Of a stretch of DNA of 64,000 nt, positions 1 to 13,475 are shown piece after piece. Numbering within the stretch: the first letter of the stretch is position 1; each line of letters opens with the position of its first letter. The notes under the pieces are model-generated. The model was not told the DNA's origin. It searched no databases and saw nothing but the letters and a program-made list of their open reading frames with translations. Source of the stretch: Eledone cirrhosa (taxonomy: Eukaryota). The translations under genes were made by a program, and so were the position numbers. Location: NCBI GenBank assembly GCA_964016885.1, contig OZ024740.1:166594001-166658000 (forward strand), read 5' to 3'.

Positions 1-89
1 CGGATGTTGCTATAAATCTGTTGTGTCCTTATTTCTACCGTTCCCACTGATCATGGAACAGACAGGAAGAGAATGGTTAGGGCAGGGAG

Positions 90-3000
90 CAGGGCCGGAT
101 TAAAACCTTTAGAGGCCCTAAGCACTAAAAATGTTGGTGCCCCCATACATTTGTAGATCAAAACATAAACAATAATATATGGTAAATTAAAGTTTTATTT
201 ATTGAAATTTCAAAATACAGCAAAAGATAGAGAAAGAGAGAAAATCATTTCATTTATTGAATAATCTTTTCCTGCTTTTTTTTCTTGCAAAGACTTTGAT
301 CAGATCTTCGTAACCAATCTTGCGTAACACATCTGCTTCTATACACAATAGGGATAATGCATCCAGCCTGTATTGTTGCATGGCTGTTCTGAAGGGATAT
401 TTAATATATTTCAACCGCTGAGCAGTTAGTAACCATTAATATTAAAAACATACGAAAGGCTATGTCTACATTTGGAAAGGCACACTCAATATTGTCTTTT
501 ACAATAATTTTATAAAGTTCACCATGATTAAATCTTGTTTTTACATTTTCTGTTCTACTCATCTTATTTCGCACATATAAATGAAACTGCTGAAGCTCAG
601 CTGAGAAATTACTATTGAAGTCCTCTGAATAAGCATCGATCAACTTTTGACAGTACTGAGAATACCTTTCAATATTAGTATCTGATGGAGTGCCTATATT
701 TGGCACATCACTAAGAAAAGAACATTTCTCTGCCATTTCTTTGTGTATCTCTCCTCTTCTTTCCATCTCAGCTGCAAGTTTGTCAACAGTTGTGTAAAAT
801 GTGGTGATACGAAACTTATCCCTGGCATCTAAATAAACTTCTGCTGTATCTCCGTCATTGGCTACTTTTTTTCTAATACGTTTGCGAGTTGCAGTTGTCC
901 TGTAATCAACATCTGGAAGAATTTCCTTGGCCGCTTTTTCATATCTTTCAAATTCATCTCGTGAGGTGTTCAGTTGGTCAGCTAATGATACATAGAGATC
1001 TGCACATGTCTTTAAGTTCGCAACCTCATTTTTAGAACTTTGCTTACTCTGTGAAAATTCTGCAAAATCTCATTCCAAAAAATCAACATAAAAACGAATT
1101 TTAGCTCTTGCATCTTATCAACAATATTATTTGCCTCCCTTCTAACGTCTCCCTTTTGTGATTGATCTTCAGCTATATATTCTAATGCCTCGGAAATCTC
1201 AGAGAACGATTTCAAGATTGCTGCGGTGCCATAGCAGGTGCTTCCCATCTTGTATCAGAGAGGGATTTCAAGACACATTCATTCTTAATACAATCTTTGA
1301 GAATTTTCCAATGGTTAGTGGAAGCGGAAAAAATTATAAAGTAACAGTACTGTAGAGAAAAAAATTTACCAGCCTCTTGACAGCAGACCGACCAACACGA
1401 TTTAATTAATGAGCTGCACAGGGCACATATATAGCAAACTTGTTTGTTTCTAAAAGTTGTTGCTGCATCCCCTTATATCGCCCAGACATGTTAGCAGCAT
1501 TGTCATAAGTATGACCCCTACATTTTGAAACATTTAACCCAGAAGCTTCACGTAAATGCAGCAGTACCTGGTTCGCCATATTCTCGCCAGTGTGGTTTTC
1601 TATTATGATGAAGGTTAAAATCGTTCAATAGGCTGTCCATCTTGTAAATACCTAAGTACAACACTCAATTGATCGCTATGTGATAAATCCGGTGTTGAAT
1701 CAACGTACAAACTAAAATAACCAGAAGATTTAACTTCGTTAATAATGAACTCCCGGACCTTTTGTGCCATTAGTTGAATAATTTCCTCGATAGTGGTTTT
1801 TGACATGTAAGAAGGATTTCCTTTTCCAGAATTTCGATATTTAGAAATGTGGCCTGCTAAAAATGGATCAAACTGGCTTATGAGTTCAAGCAGCCCTAAA
1901 AAATTCCAATTTTGCAACGATCTAAACTTCTCTTCACTTCCTCGAAAAGCAAGCCACATTAAGCTAACGTACAAATAGCAGCTACGAAACGCCTCAAAAC
2001 GTGTTCCCATTAATTGCACTCTTCATGAATTTGTTTCTCCAAATCTGACTTTAACCCCGCACCTTGCCTGCGAGTAAAATATGCCAGCAAAGAGTCTCGG
2101 TCAATAATGCTTTTCTCATGCTTTTCAATTACAATAGTATTGCGCCAATCACTGAACCGTTCTCTTGAAACAAAAATTGCATTTTTTCCACGAGCAAACA
2201 CTTTACAAACAAAACAATAAACTGATCCTCTTGATGGTGAATAGAGTAACCACTCTCTCTTGTATTTTTCACCATTGGCTTTTGTCCCAATAAAAAGTTT
2301 CTGTGACCAATACCTTATTGGTTTGCCACTACTAAAATGACGACAATACTTTTCAAATGGCCCGTTCTGGTTTTGACAAGTAATCCAATAAGCTATATCA
2401 TTAGCAGAGAAATCAAGCCACATTCCTGGATCGTTCGCTAATTTGTAATTTTCTTCATCTTTTACAGGCAAATTAATTTCACCGCCATTGTCACAGTGCT
2501 CTAAACTTCTATTTTCAGCAATTATTTGAGCCTTATCATCATTTGCAGTAGAGGTATCCGAATAAAGGGAATTCACAGGCAAAGTATGATCAGTTGTGAG
2601 ACATGTGCTGGATGAACATGCTTGCGACATATCGGTACTTCTAATGTCATCATATTTTGATTCTGAAGTAATCAAAGTTGTATTTGCCGTATTTATGTCT
2701 ACTTCTGATAACGTATATCGGTTTTGACCTTGAATCTGTAAATCATGTTGGGGAACTTGTGAGAAAAAAGTAGTCAGCTTTGCTGTCTTGCGATGTAATT
2801 CCGAAGCTTTTTCTTGTTTGAAAATTTTCGCTTTTGTTCCTCATTTAACTCAATGCGTTTCAACTTGGTTTTGGGGATCTGTTAATTAGATTTGAATGGT
2901 TAGATTTTTTGGGGATCTGTTAATTAGATCTGATGGTTAGATTTGAAAAAGGATGGTGTGAACCTAAATAAACAATCAACAAATACAGTTATAAAATTAA

Positions 3001-3565
3001 AGCTTGAGTTTGTTCAGATAAAAAAAAAATGATGTAGAAATAAAACAGTTATACTATATAGCAGATGATCTAGAACACAAATGACAATTATTTTTGATAT
3101 AGAGTCTACAATGTTAAAAGGTTCAAGTTAAAAATAAAATTTGTAAACAAACTAAAAAACCCTAATGAACAGAATTGTTAATAAAAATAGGCAGAAAATA
3201 AACTTTGGTTAGTTGGGATTGGGAGTATCAAAAAACCTTCAGCTGGTGGTTATATTCATAAACCTTAAAAAACATTTCAACAATATGTAGCCATTTTAAA
3301 ATTGAACCAGAATACATTGGAGTTTCAGAAAGATTTCTAAAGATAAACGTCTGAAAAACTGAGATTTAGCAAATAAAATGAAATGAACAACTATGTTTAT
3401 ACCGAATTTATTCATTTCTTATTTCATTTTGAAAATTGCTATGAAATTAATTAATTAAATAATTTAAGCTGTAAATTCATCATATACAAAATCTTTGAGG
3501 TGCCCCTTCTTCCTTTGACGCCTTCAGCACGTGCTTACTTTGCTTATATTGTTAATCCACCACTG
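90..3565 (-). mobile_element. hAT-superfamily DNA transposon, full-length but decayed
   Basis: Perfect 8-bp TSD GCAGGGAG at 82-89 and 3566-3573. Imperfect TIRs: CAGGGCCGGATTAA vs reverse complement CAGTGGTGGATTAA. Internal hAT transposase fragments. Confidence 0.95.
260..2860 (-). pseudogene. hAT transposase (ZMYM1/TTF-zinc-finger type) with frameshifts and stops
   Basis: ORF pieces: REWLLYSPSRGSVYCFVCKVF (TTF-type Zn finger), LAFRG..NFLGLLELISQFDPFL, FSLYVDSTPDLSHSDQLSVVLRY (first catalytic D), and AFPNVDIAFRMFLILMVTNCSA (hATC dimerisation domain). Confidence 0.92.
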
Positions 3566-3642
3566 GCAGGGAGACAGCGACCGCTCTCATACGGTATTTA
3601 TAGATATTTATTGACAGCTGAAAGAAATTCATCAGGCATTAT

Positions 3643-3833
3643 GGATTGGCAGTATCGGTAGAGGGTCGGACGCCATGCTTTGACGCATAGAGTTACGGCC
3701 CTTGCAATTCTCAGTTAACTCTCAAATCCCGCCGAGGTTAACTTAGCCTTTCATCCTTACGGGGTCGATAAAAGAAAGTACCAGTAATGCACTGGATTAT
3801 TGCTGGCCTTGTACCAAAAGTAGAAACAATTAT
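3643..3833 (+). mobile_element. tRNA-derived SINE, family A (possibly Meta-domain type)
   Basis: Head GGATTGGCAGTATCGGTAG (A-box-like), a B-box region disrupted by a small insertion, body GCCTTTCATCCTTACGGGGTCGATAAAA..AGTACCAG, tail AGAAACAATTAT. About 10 copies in the window. Confidence 0.85.
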
Positions 3834-3943
3834 ATTCCTTGGCCTAACGACTCTGTCAGACAATACATACACACATACATACACAGAAACACACATACAC
3901 AAACATACATACACGCGCACACACACAGACACACACATATATA

Positions 3944-3982
<39 letters not shown>

Positions 3983-3984
<2 letters not shown>

Positions 3985-4045
3985 AAAAGTATGACCCAGA
4001 CGGCAGAGCTCAAGCCATTTCGGCGGCTATTTCTAGACGCATGTG

Positions 4046-4093
<48 letters not shown>

Positions 4094-4213
4094 AAAAGAA
4101 TCAGGGCCATGACGAATGACCTCCGGCCCTTTCGACAGCTAGATGCGAACTAAGCCACTGTATTGAGTACTCGGGTGCATTATGGTCCACCTGGTATCTC
4201 AGCACACCCTCTT

Positions 4214-4218
<5 letters not shown>
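3983..4218. mobile_element. Two ultra-short Penelope-like (PLE) terminal fragments in (TA)n
   Basis: 3983-4042 and 4093-4161 are minus-strand HHR stem II/III remnants. 4161-4218 is the family 3' end (TATTGAGTACTC..ATGGTCCA..), shared with 14938, 28345 and 48007. Confidence 0.6.
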
Positions 4219-4261
<43 letters not shown>

Positions 4262-4329
4262 TACGCCCTCGTTATCGAGTATGGCCATTGCAGGAGAAAA
4301 AACAAAAAAAAAAACATAATAATAACAAT

Positions 4330-7300
4330 AATAATAATAATGATTTCATTTATTAGCCACAAGGGCCGATATATAGGAGACAATACAAAGACAGGGACAG
4401 TGGCGGTTTTACAATAAGGTCGAGTAAAAGTGCACAATGGCAAGATTAATTTAACAATGAATATATAATACTATAAAATAAACTATGCATAAATATAACA
4501 AAATAAATTCCCCGATAGGGGGTGGACGACCCTGGGTGGACGACCCTGGGGTGACTCGGGTATCCCACCAATCCCGAACCACCCTGCGCTTCTAGGACAC
4601 CCAGGGAGAGCACCCCTCTCCTTAAGTTAGCTAGCCCATAGGCGCATAGTCAGAGTAGGCCCATTAACACGAGCCATTCTCTCCACATTCACCCACCTTT
4701 TAGCGAATGTACTGGGGGTCAGCACTTCTCTCTCCACCCTCACCTTCCTTTCGAGGTGAAACTTGAAGAAATTGATGAGGGATTGGCCGAAGAGAAAAGT
4801 GTCTGTCTTCAGTCCTTTTAACCTGGTCCACCATATAACCTCTTTCGCAACTGCCACCAGACAGGGAAATTTCCTGATCTTCCTGACCTAAGGAAGGCGG
4901 TGGGTCAATCTTCACTATGGACTCCGCCGATAGCCAGATTCGTTCCACACGGGACAGTAGCTGTTCGACATAACTGCACAAGTCAGTAATGCACGGACAT
5001 TGGACAAGTGCGTGCAGAACGGTTTCGTCGTTCTGTGCTCATTTTGGGCAGGTCCGTCTGACAGCACTTCAGTGCCTGTAGAGTTTATCCCGAACCGGCA
5101 GTGCCCCTCGGTAGCACTGCCTCGCGAGGGATTTCTAGAAATTGACCATCGTCCTCGGCTCAAAAGTCCTCCGGTACAGACTGGTCAGTTCGACTTCGTC
5201 GAAGCCCAAAGCTTCTCCGAGTGCGTCATCGCACTTGTCCACCACTAATCCTCTATAGAACTCGAGAGTGGAAGTTCCACTGATCGCATTGCCCGCTTGG
5301 TAGAGGGCAGTGAGTGCCTGGCAACATTCCAGGTGCCACTCACCCAGTATCGGTCTATTTTTGACCCAGGACTGCAGCTCAGTCAAAGAAATGAGCTGTG
5401 GAAAGGCCCGTCTGATAAACGGCGACTAAACCTGTTCACCGTTGAGTCAGAATATCTGGAGATGTCGTAGCCTCAACGCATGTCTGCGCATCCTTAACCA
5501 CGGCAGGCCCAGCCCTTCGCGTAGAGGGTGCTGGCAGCAGATGGACCGCCTCACCAACGGAACTTGTCCCCTCCACAAGATTTGAAGAGGATCCGTTCCA
5601 ACTTGACGGGGCGCGGACGGGGGCAAGGCACGAAGGTCAGACCGTAGTAGATGACGGACGCGAAGTACGGATTCGCCACCTCCGCGCGACCTTTAAGTGA
5701 TAGCTTCCTCCCAGCCCATTTTTGGGTGAGACTGGCTACTCTGCTCATTACCTCGTCCCAATTCTTTTCCACCTGGAGGTCTGGTGCGCACCAAACCCCG
5801 AGCAACTTTACCGCTCCGTCCGTCCAGCGCCCCACGACGCTGTTGGACGGCATGGGCTTGCCTCTCCAGGTGCCGAGCTGCATCCCACCGACTTTTCCGG
5901 GATAAGTTTGGCTCCTGTTAACCTTTCATATTCCTTCAATAAATTGCCGACCTCCTCGATTTCTGAGGCGTCCGACACCATCACGGTGATGTCGTCTGCA
6001 TAAGCCGACACAGCCTTTCCGCGTCCCGGTTCGAGCGGGATGCTCTGCAACCGCTCCAGCTTCCGCAGTAAAGGCTCGAGAGTCAATACGTACAGAAGGG
6101 AAGAGAGAAGGCACACTTGACGGACCGATCGGGAGAGCCGAAATGGTTCCGAAGGTGGCCATTAACCTTGACCACCGAGCGTGTGCCACTGTGCATTGCA
6201 ACGATCCAGCTTCTGAAGACAGGGCCGAAGCCAGCTGCTTTGAGGACAAACTCCAGATACCGATGGTCGACCCTATAGAATGCTTTCGATTGATCTAAAT
6301 TGATCAGTGCCCCACCGAAGCCAGGTTTACACCCTACCCTCTCTATGATGTATCGGTGGAGATTGTCGTGTATGGACCTGGCTGGGATTGCGGAAGTTGG
6401 CACCTCCCCAACCAAATCCTCGACGACAAGCGCCAATCTCTTTGCTAACACCTTGGCCAAAATCTTAAGCTCTGTGTTGAGCAGAGTTATGGGCCTGAAG
6501 TTGTCTAATGTATCCCTCTTGTTCTCGTCTTTCCTTATCAGCGTCATCACTCCCCTGCTCACAGAACCGGAAATACTCCCATTCTGCTGCCAGTATCAAT
6601 AGCGTGCTTCGAGGAGATCGGAGAACAAGTCTGGCATATTTACGTAAAGCTCGTAGGGCAGGACATCCCAACCGGGTGACTTGCACCTCATGCAGCCGAC
6701 AAGAGCATTCTGAATTTCGGCTGAAGTAATCGGCCTTTCGCAGCGCTCAGCGTCGACCGTCGAGATACGCGGCAAGCCGTCAAGGTAGGGACTGTAATCC
6801 GCTATTCTTTCTGACTCGCCACTCTTCCCGAACAACCGAGCAAAGTGCTGTCGAAAGGCCTCACACATCCGTTGGAATCGCTTATCTCGTGTCCGTCTCG
6901 GTTCGCCAAAGACCGAATTGTGGTTTTATTACCACGTTGCGCCACCCCCACGCGGGCCCATCGAACAGCTTTGGTTCCCTCGTTTCTCAGTGCACGCGCC
7001 TTAACTCTGACAATGCAACCTTCGTGTTGCGCATTGAAGAAATGGTCTAATGCCATTCTCGCCGCTAGCACGTCAGTTGCAAGCCACTACAAATAGCTTC
7101 GCCTAACTTATCTACCAGCTCACCCTCCTTTCTCTTTTTCTCTAACGCTAGTTCTTTGCTGAACTCTATCGAAGTTACTCTAATCTCTAATTTGAGAGTC
7201 CCCCACCATCTGTTGTTGATGATCCCCCCTGTCAACTTTTGCTTAACTAAATTGTTGACTCGGTCCCTGTAAGCCTTACGTGCCGAAAATGACATGTTCA

Positions 7301-10030
7301 GCGTCCAGTAACCCGGTCCTAACCTACGCGTTTTATCTAGGTCGACCGTACAGATCACAAATTTGTGATCTGAATAGGCGACCGTTTTAAAAAGTGGGCA
7401 GTCCACATTATTTTTATCTATTTTCCTAATGAAGATCCTGTCTATATACGATCTAGATGACCCCCATTCGGTTGGGCCATGTCCATACTGGCACATGGGG
7501 GAAAGCTAGTCGATACCTGTCAGACAGTTGGAACTGGCTGAGTAGGTGCTTGAGGCTTTTGCACCCCCCGCTCCTATCGCCTACTCCCACTCAATCCCAG
7601 CGTGCGTCTAAGATGCCATTCCAGTCCCCCGCTAACAGTAAAGGGCGAGGCGTACCCAGAAAGGTCTCCAGACGCCTAAAGAAGTCCGATCGTCCGGCCC
7701 CTGTGGGGGCGTAGACGGCCAGCAGTCTAAAGGCACCACCTTCGCTACTGCTCGCATCCAAGACCACCAACTTACCGTCCGGGTTCCGGAAGATCGACCT
7801 TAGCTCAAGATCCAGTCCTTTCCTGAACAGCACCTGCCCCCCCCCCCCCCCATTCCCGGTCTGCTCCCAGATGCGAATATCTGATAGTCGTCGAAAATGG
7901 GGGCTAGTGCGCGCGTGTCGGAAATGTTGGTCTCGCTGACGGCAATCACATCCATTTCCAGCGACCTGGGATCGTTGAGCAGGGGACCCTGCTTCCAGGG
8001 TGACCCCAGGCCGCGAACATTTAAACCTCTTACTTTTAATATTGCCATGTTGGCTAAGAGAGAGAGGGAAGGTTTACTTAACTCCCTGGGTCTTGTGAAG
8101 GTCGGCTGGTTCGACCGCCATGGTTGGTGGGGTTTCTTTTGGGAACCCCTTTAAAAGTCTCGATGTGGGTTTCACATTCGGCGTTCCAACGTCTTGAGGA
8201 AAGCTCTCTCGAATTTCTTTGAAGGAATTGAGTGACATTCGGACCAGAAGCAAATCTTCTGGCACTCAAAATGTGCTCATTTCAAAAATCTCCCCTTCTG
8301 TTTGAATGTCCTCGCTTCGTGCTAAGAGGGCCATCAGTTTATCGTTGACCCTTCTGACAAGCACGAAGGTTTTAAAATTTTGTTGGTGTGGTTTTATTTG
8401 TTTTCGTTTTGGTGACCGTGGTGATGATGGTTTTGGTGGTGTTGTTTCGGGTATGTCTGAGTTTGTTGTAGCTGTGGTGTCTGCAATTTCAGGTATTTGT
8501 GTGTTTATTTGTACTTGTGTTTGTTTAGGTTGTTTGCGTTTCGGCGATTGTGGGGGAGGGGTGTCGATGTTGCTGTTGGTGCTGATGTTATTGGAGATGT
8601 GCTTGCGTTAGTGGTGTCTGTATTCTTTTTTGTTGTGTATGTTTTTTGTGTTTTGTTGGGGCTTATTTTTGGTGAGTTCTCTTGTTTGTTTTTTTTTTGC
8701 ACTTTTGGGTTTTCCTTCATCTTCGCTACTGGAAGACAAAGGGTCTGTGGCTGTGAGTGTCTCTGTGTCTGTGTGTGCGTTTATTGTTTTGTCTATGTGT
8801 ATAATTGGGAGGGGGAGAGCTTTCCTCGTTTTCCACTTGGATTGGTTTTGATGTTGGTGGTGATCCGGCTGTTTTTTATGTTGGTGTCCGTGTCTTTGTT
8901 GGTGTTGTTTTTGGTGGTGGTGGTGGTACATGTTTCCGTGCTGACACTGGCGTTGGCAACGAAGGAGGTTTGCGACCACCTGCATGTTTGTGCTGAGGGC
9001 AGAAGGCTTGCATATGCGTTGCTTCCCCGCAGATGAAGCAGCGTGGCCTTCTTCCGTCAATGATTAGTTGGATTGTTGTCCCGTCCTGCAGGTGAGAAAA
9101 ATCCGGGATGTTGTTCATGTCCTCCAGCTTCATTTGGAGAAGAATCTCCAAATCCATTCCGGACCAGTCCTCTCTCTCTCTGTCCTTTTGATATCCAGGA
9201 GAGTAGTGTCTGTCCCCTCCTCGATTACGCATTCCAGCAGCCACCATATATTCATTCCTGGTGGGATGCTGTGAATGCGGACCTTTACTGTCCAGTTACC
9301 CATGTAGGACGGATGCATGATAATGCGTTCCGTTCTGCAGGGGGTCACCGAGTGCTTAATAGCGAGGGCCTCGGTTTTGAACAGTACCGAGATGGTACCG
9401 AACTGTTTGCCTCTTGCTTTATACTCTATGTTACTTCCGAAGCAGCCTCGACCTCTGCTTGGCTGGCAAGTTCCACTTTTCGTGTCTGCACCGAAATGCA
9501 TCGAAAGTAGACCGTCCTCCTTTGCATGGCCGCTATTGCCTCGTCCGGGATGGTCAGGTTTGCTCAGGACTTCTCCCGTTTAATTAGCCTCCACGCTTGG
9601 GCCAACTTTATCGCTAATATCAATATCAATATTCAATAAGCGCTTTGTTGTTGCTGCTGCTGCAGCAAATGTGGTGCTTCTGATGCTCTTGATGTTGGTG
9701 TTGTCATTCTTGCTGTTGTTATTGGTGTTGTTGTTTTGTTTGTCGATGCTGTTGCGACCGCCATCCGTGTTTACATTGAAGCTGTCTGTGTTATTGTCGT
9801 TATTGCTCTGAGTTGTTGTTGTTGTGGTGATGGCAGTGGAGGTGGTGGCGGTGGCGGCGGCGGTGGTGGTGATGTCGTTTTCAGATGATACTGCTGCTAT
9901 CACAGGAGGTTGTGATGGTAGCTTTTGAGTTTTGCCTTCACATTCAGTAGAGTGGACGACAGGCATCACTGTAGCTGTCGTAGTCGTGGTGAAATCTAGA
10001 GTGGCTGCCTTTAAACTTTTGACCTGAACA
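4330..10030 (-). mobile_element. L1/Tx1-clade non-LTR retrotransposon, near full-length, decayed
   Basis: ORF1 with a CCHC knuckle; ORF2 with APE, RT and a C-terminal Cys motif; 3' end AATAAATGAAATC(ATT)n near 4330-4355. Confidence 0.93.
4627..8048 (-). pseudogene. Tx1/L1 ORF2 (AP endonuclease + reverse transcriptase), frameshifted
   Basis: LNVRGL, IAVSETN, LLAVYAP, LAGDWNGILD, YIDRIF, SDHK (APE); KSPGWDVLPYE, NFRPITLLNTELKILAKVLAKRL, NLDQSKAF, SAYADDITV, KLLGVW (RT). Confidence 0.93.
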
Positions 10031-10110
10031 ATAATAATAATAATAACAACATTAATAATAACGACAGGAACAATAATAATATACATATATATACACACAC
10101 ACACGCACAC
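8074..10110 (-). pseudogene. Tx1/L1 ORF1 (gag-like, zinc knuckle), disrupted
   Basis: GRRPRCFICGEATHMQAFC (CX2CX4HX4C) lies upstream of ORF2, with Thr/Asn-rich low-complexity N- and C-terminal parts. Homologous pieces at 22.5 kb, 30.2 kb and 56 kb. Confidence 0.8.
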
Positions 10111-10123
10111 ACCAAAACATATC

Positions 10124-10154
<31 letters not shown>

Positions 10155-10159
10155 GATAG

Positions 10160-11367
10160 CAATTAACATCGCGATCGAATGTAACTTTTTAGCCCAGCCA
10201 ATGATCTAAAATGTCTTGCACAGAGTCGGCAACCAAAACATTCACTGGGAATAGCCGGCTGTGGTTGGAGTTCGTGTAATTTTGCATGTCGGTTGAGGCA
10301 TATTGCTGATTTACATTCTCTACCACATGCTTGGCAAGCATGATGAGTAGCATCTCCAACAGCAGCCTGGTAGTCAACCAATGGTCTTACTTTATGACTG
10401 AGAAGATGACTTTTGAGTCCAGCTTTGCTTAGGCAGAGTCTTGCACAGACGCTACATGTCAGCACCATAGGAGGACCTTCGCCGTCTGGAAGTGCAACAG
10501 CAATGCCCTTCCTCACATCCCGCTTTACTTTCTCGTATGCGATTCGAGATGCCTCAAAGGCAACTTTCCGTCATATACAGTCTTTCTCCATTTAATACGA
10601 TCAGCATCAATATTTTCCCATGTATCAGCAGAGATGTTAGCGTCTTTCAAAGAGGCTTTCAAGGAATCCTTATACCTCTTTTTTGGTTTATGTGGCGGTC
10701 GTTTTCCTAACTCTCCATGAAAGAGTTGTTTTGGTATTCTAGAATCCTTCATCCTGGCAAGGTGACCACTCCAACGGAGTCGTTGCTTAAGCACAAGAGC
10801 TTCTATACTGTGACACATAGAGCTTTCCAAAATCTCGACATCACTGATGTGGACCCTCCAGTGAACACCATGGATCCGTCTGAGACACATCTGATGGAAA
10901 TGCTCTAATTGCTTAAGGTGGTGTCGATATGAGACCCAGATCTCGCAGGCATAAAGAAGAGAAGAGAGCACACATGCCTTGTACACCTTTACCTTTGTCT
11001 TCTTGGATATGTCTCGCCGACCCCTGAGTCGCCTTTCTAGCTTTCCGAAAGCATCACTTGCTTTCCTAATCCTGACTGGGATTTCACTATCAAGGTTGCT
11101 GTATCGATTGATAGTGCTTCCAAAGTAGACAAACTGATCAAACACTCCATGTCGTTTACCATAAAAATAGATATTTGGTTCACTGTACTGCTTACCAGGG
11201 GCAGGTTGGTACATGACGACGGTTTTCTTGAGACTGACAGTCAATCCTAGGGTAGTGCAACCATCAGATAATGCATTCAAAATGTGCTGCATATCACTCT
11301 CTGTGTGCGCTACAAGATCGCAATCACCTGCATACCAGAGGTCTCTTATGATTGAAGTAAATACTTT

Positions 11368-11372
<5 letters not shown>
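10160..11372 (-). mobile_element. RTE-clade LINE, 5'-truncated 3' end
   Basis: IRDLWYAGDCDL (decayed YADD), GLTVSLKKTVVM, FVYFGSTI, TKVKVYKACVLSSLLYACEIW, RLRWSGHLARMKDSRIPKQLFHGEL, KRYKDSLKASL; C2H2 fingers at the C-terminus. Confidence 0.92.
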
Positions 11373-11423
<51 letters not shown>

Positions 11424-12469
11424 ATATACAGAGAAAGGCAGGGTGCCTGTGAGAGAGAGGGGAGAGAAATAGAGGAGTATACAGGGAGACAGTCAGACAG
11501 ATGGATAGAGAATTCATTGGTTTAGAACTGGTTATGTACACCTAAACCAGCTATTTTAAAAGGTAGGTTGTGTAGATATATCTCATTGTTTTCAACAGTT
11601 TTCCAGTTAATATATGCTGCACAAACATAGATGAAAAGCGGAGTCATGAATACAAATTATAAACCAATATAAAAAAAGGGCAAAACCTAATCATCATAAT
11701 AATAGATATAAAAGTACAATAATACAATTCTGTTAATGTCTTATATTACTCTCTCGATCTTTGATTAATATCAAATATCGGTTCTGAAAACCCTCGCATG
11801 TTTCAGTGAAATCTAGTTCACCTGTTATAAAAAGCCGATCGATGAGAATTTAGTGTATTGCCATTTCCTGCGGTGAAGCTTGTTGAGTTCAAAGAGCATT
11901 CAGTACTATGTCAAAGAAAGAGAAATAATAAAGTATTGAACGGTAAAAGGTTGTGTGAGGAGGACAGAGATAGTAAGAAGCTGAGTAAGAGATTCAGAGT
12001 GAATGAGAGAAATAGAAAAAAGGAGGAAGAGTTGGCAAATACGTGTATGAGTGTTATCAATTTAGATTACAAAAATGAATGGTAAGGAATGATGAAAGAA
12101 ATATTAAGAGTGCTAGGAAGTGAAAGGGGTGCTTCACTTCCAAGATTTAAACTAAAAAACACATAGCAAACCATAGAGAGATCAATGGATCTACTCACAC
12201 TGATATAAATTCGCACATGCATACATACTTACATACATGCATAAATGCATACGTACATACATATATACATGCATGCATAGATACATACATGCATGCATAC
12301 ATACATACATACATGCATACATACATACATACATGATGGTTGCCTCCTCGTTATCGAGAATGGCCATTGCACGATATACCATTATTAATAATAATTAATT
12401 AATTCTATCGTACAATGCCTGTGCGTGAAGATATTTTTTTTAAATGAGGAAAAAATGTGCACTGAGCCA

Positions 12470-12615
12470 ATCCCACTCTCTGAGCGACAGAAGAAATGAT
12501 CAACATCATCGGTAACTTCTGAGCCGCAGGTTTTATATCGGAGTTATCCCAGTTTCCTGATTTGCCTTCCCCTAGAAGTATGGCCTGACAAAGGCTAGGG
12601 GTCCTTCACTCCCAA
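12470..12615 (-). other. Orphan 5'-UTR-type motif of RTE/R4-like LINEs
   Basis: Minus strand GGACCCCTAGCCTTTGTCAGGCCATACTTCTAGGGGAAGGCAAATC. A similar decayed motif heads the R4-like LINE at about 52350-52400. Confidence 0.4.
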
Positions 12616-12907
12616 TGGTTTAACCACGTGGTACATGTGTATATACATATTTACATACTTTTGGATGGTCTTTGACTCTTATGAGTTCTTCCGCCCTTTG
12701 CGGATAGAGTTAAACAGAAATGAGGAAATGATATTTATGCAAAAGTATGTACTGCAGAAATTGTGGCAAAAAGCTTAGAACGAGAGTTAGAAACACATAG
12801 TTTGTGAAGTGCAATGACGACCTCGTCAACAATGAAACACACTCACGCATACACACACACGTACAAACACACACTCACACACATATACATATGTAATTAT
12901 ATATATA

Positions 12908-12944
<37 letters not shown>

Positions 12945-13339
12945 TACGTGTGTGTGCGTATCTGTGTTTGTATGTGTGTGAGAGAGAGTGAGAGAGAGAG
13001 AGAGAGTGAGAGAGAGAGAGTGAGAAAGAGAGAAAGAGAGAAAGAGAGAAAGAGAGAAAGAGAGAAAGAGAGTTTTTTTTAGACAAATCTTTATCATGGG
13101 GCTCTAACTTCATGCATTCGTTTTTGGACATTTTCAATAACGAAAAGAGAAGAAAAAAAAAATAATTTACTTAATCTGATGTTTATTCACGTGGGAATTG
13201 AAGTAAGGCAGATAATAGATAAATAAGAATAAGAACATAGAAATTCAGTAAAATTAGATACTTGATAGTAAAGAAACATACTGTGCACCCAGGTTCTGCA
13301 GAAATACGAAGCAATGTAGACATACTGTAAATAAAATGC

Positions 13340-13424
13340 AAATCATACAAACACACATACACACACACACATATATATTTATATGTAAGTATCTGTGTAT
13401 ATGTATATATATATATGTATGTTT

Positions 13425-13475
<51 letters not shown>

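Noticed and set aside
10163-10516. Host C2H2 zinc-finger gene
   Set aside because: It is contiguous with the RTE ORF and lacks TGEKP linkers; treated as part of the LINE.
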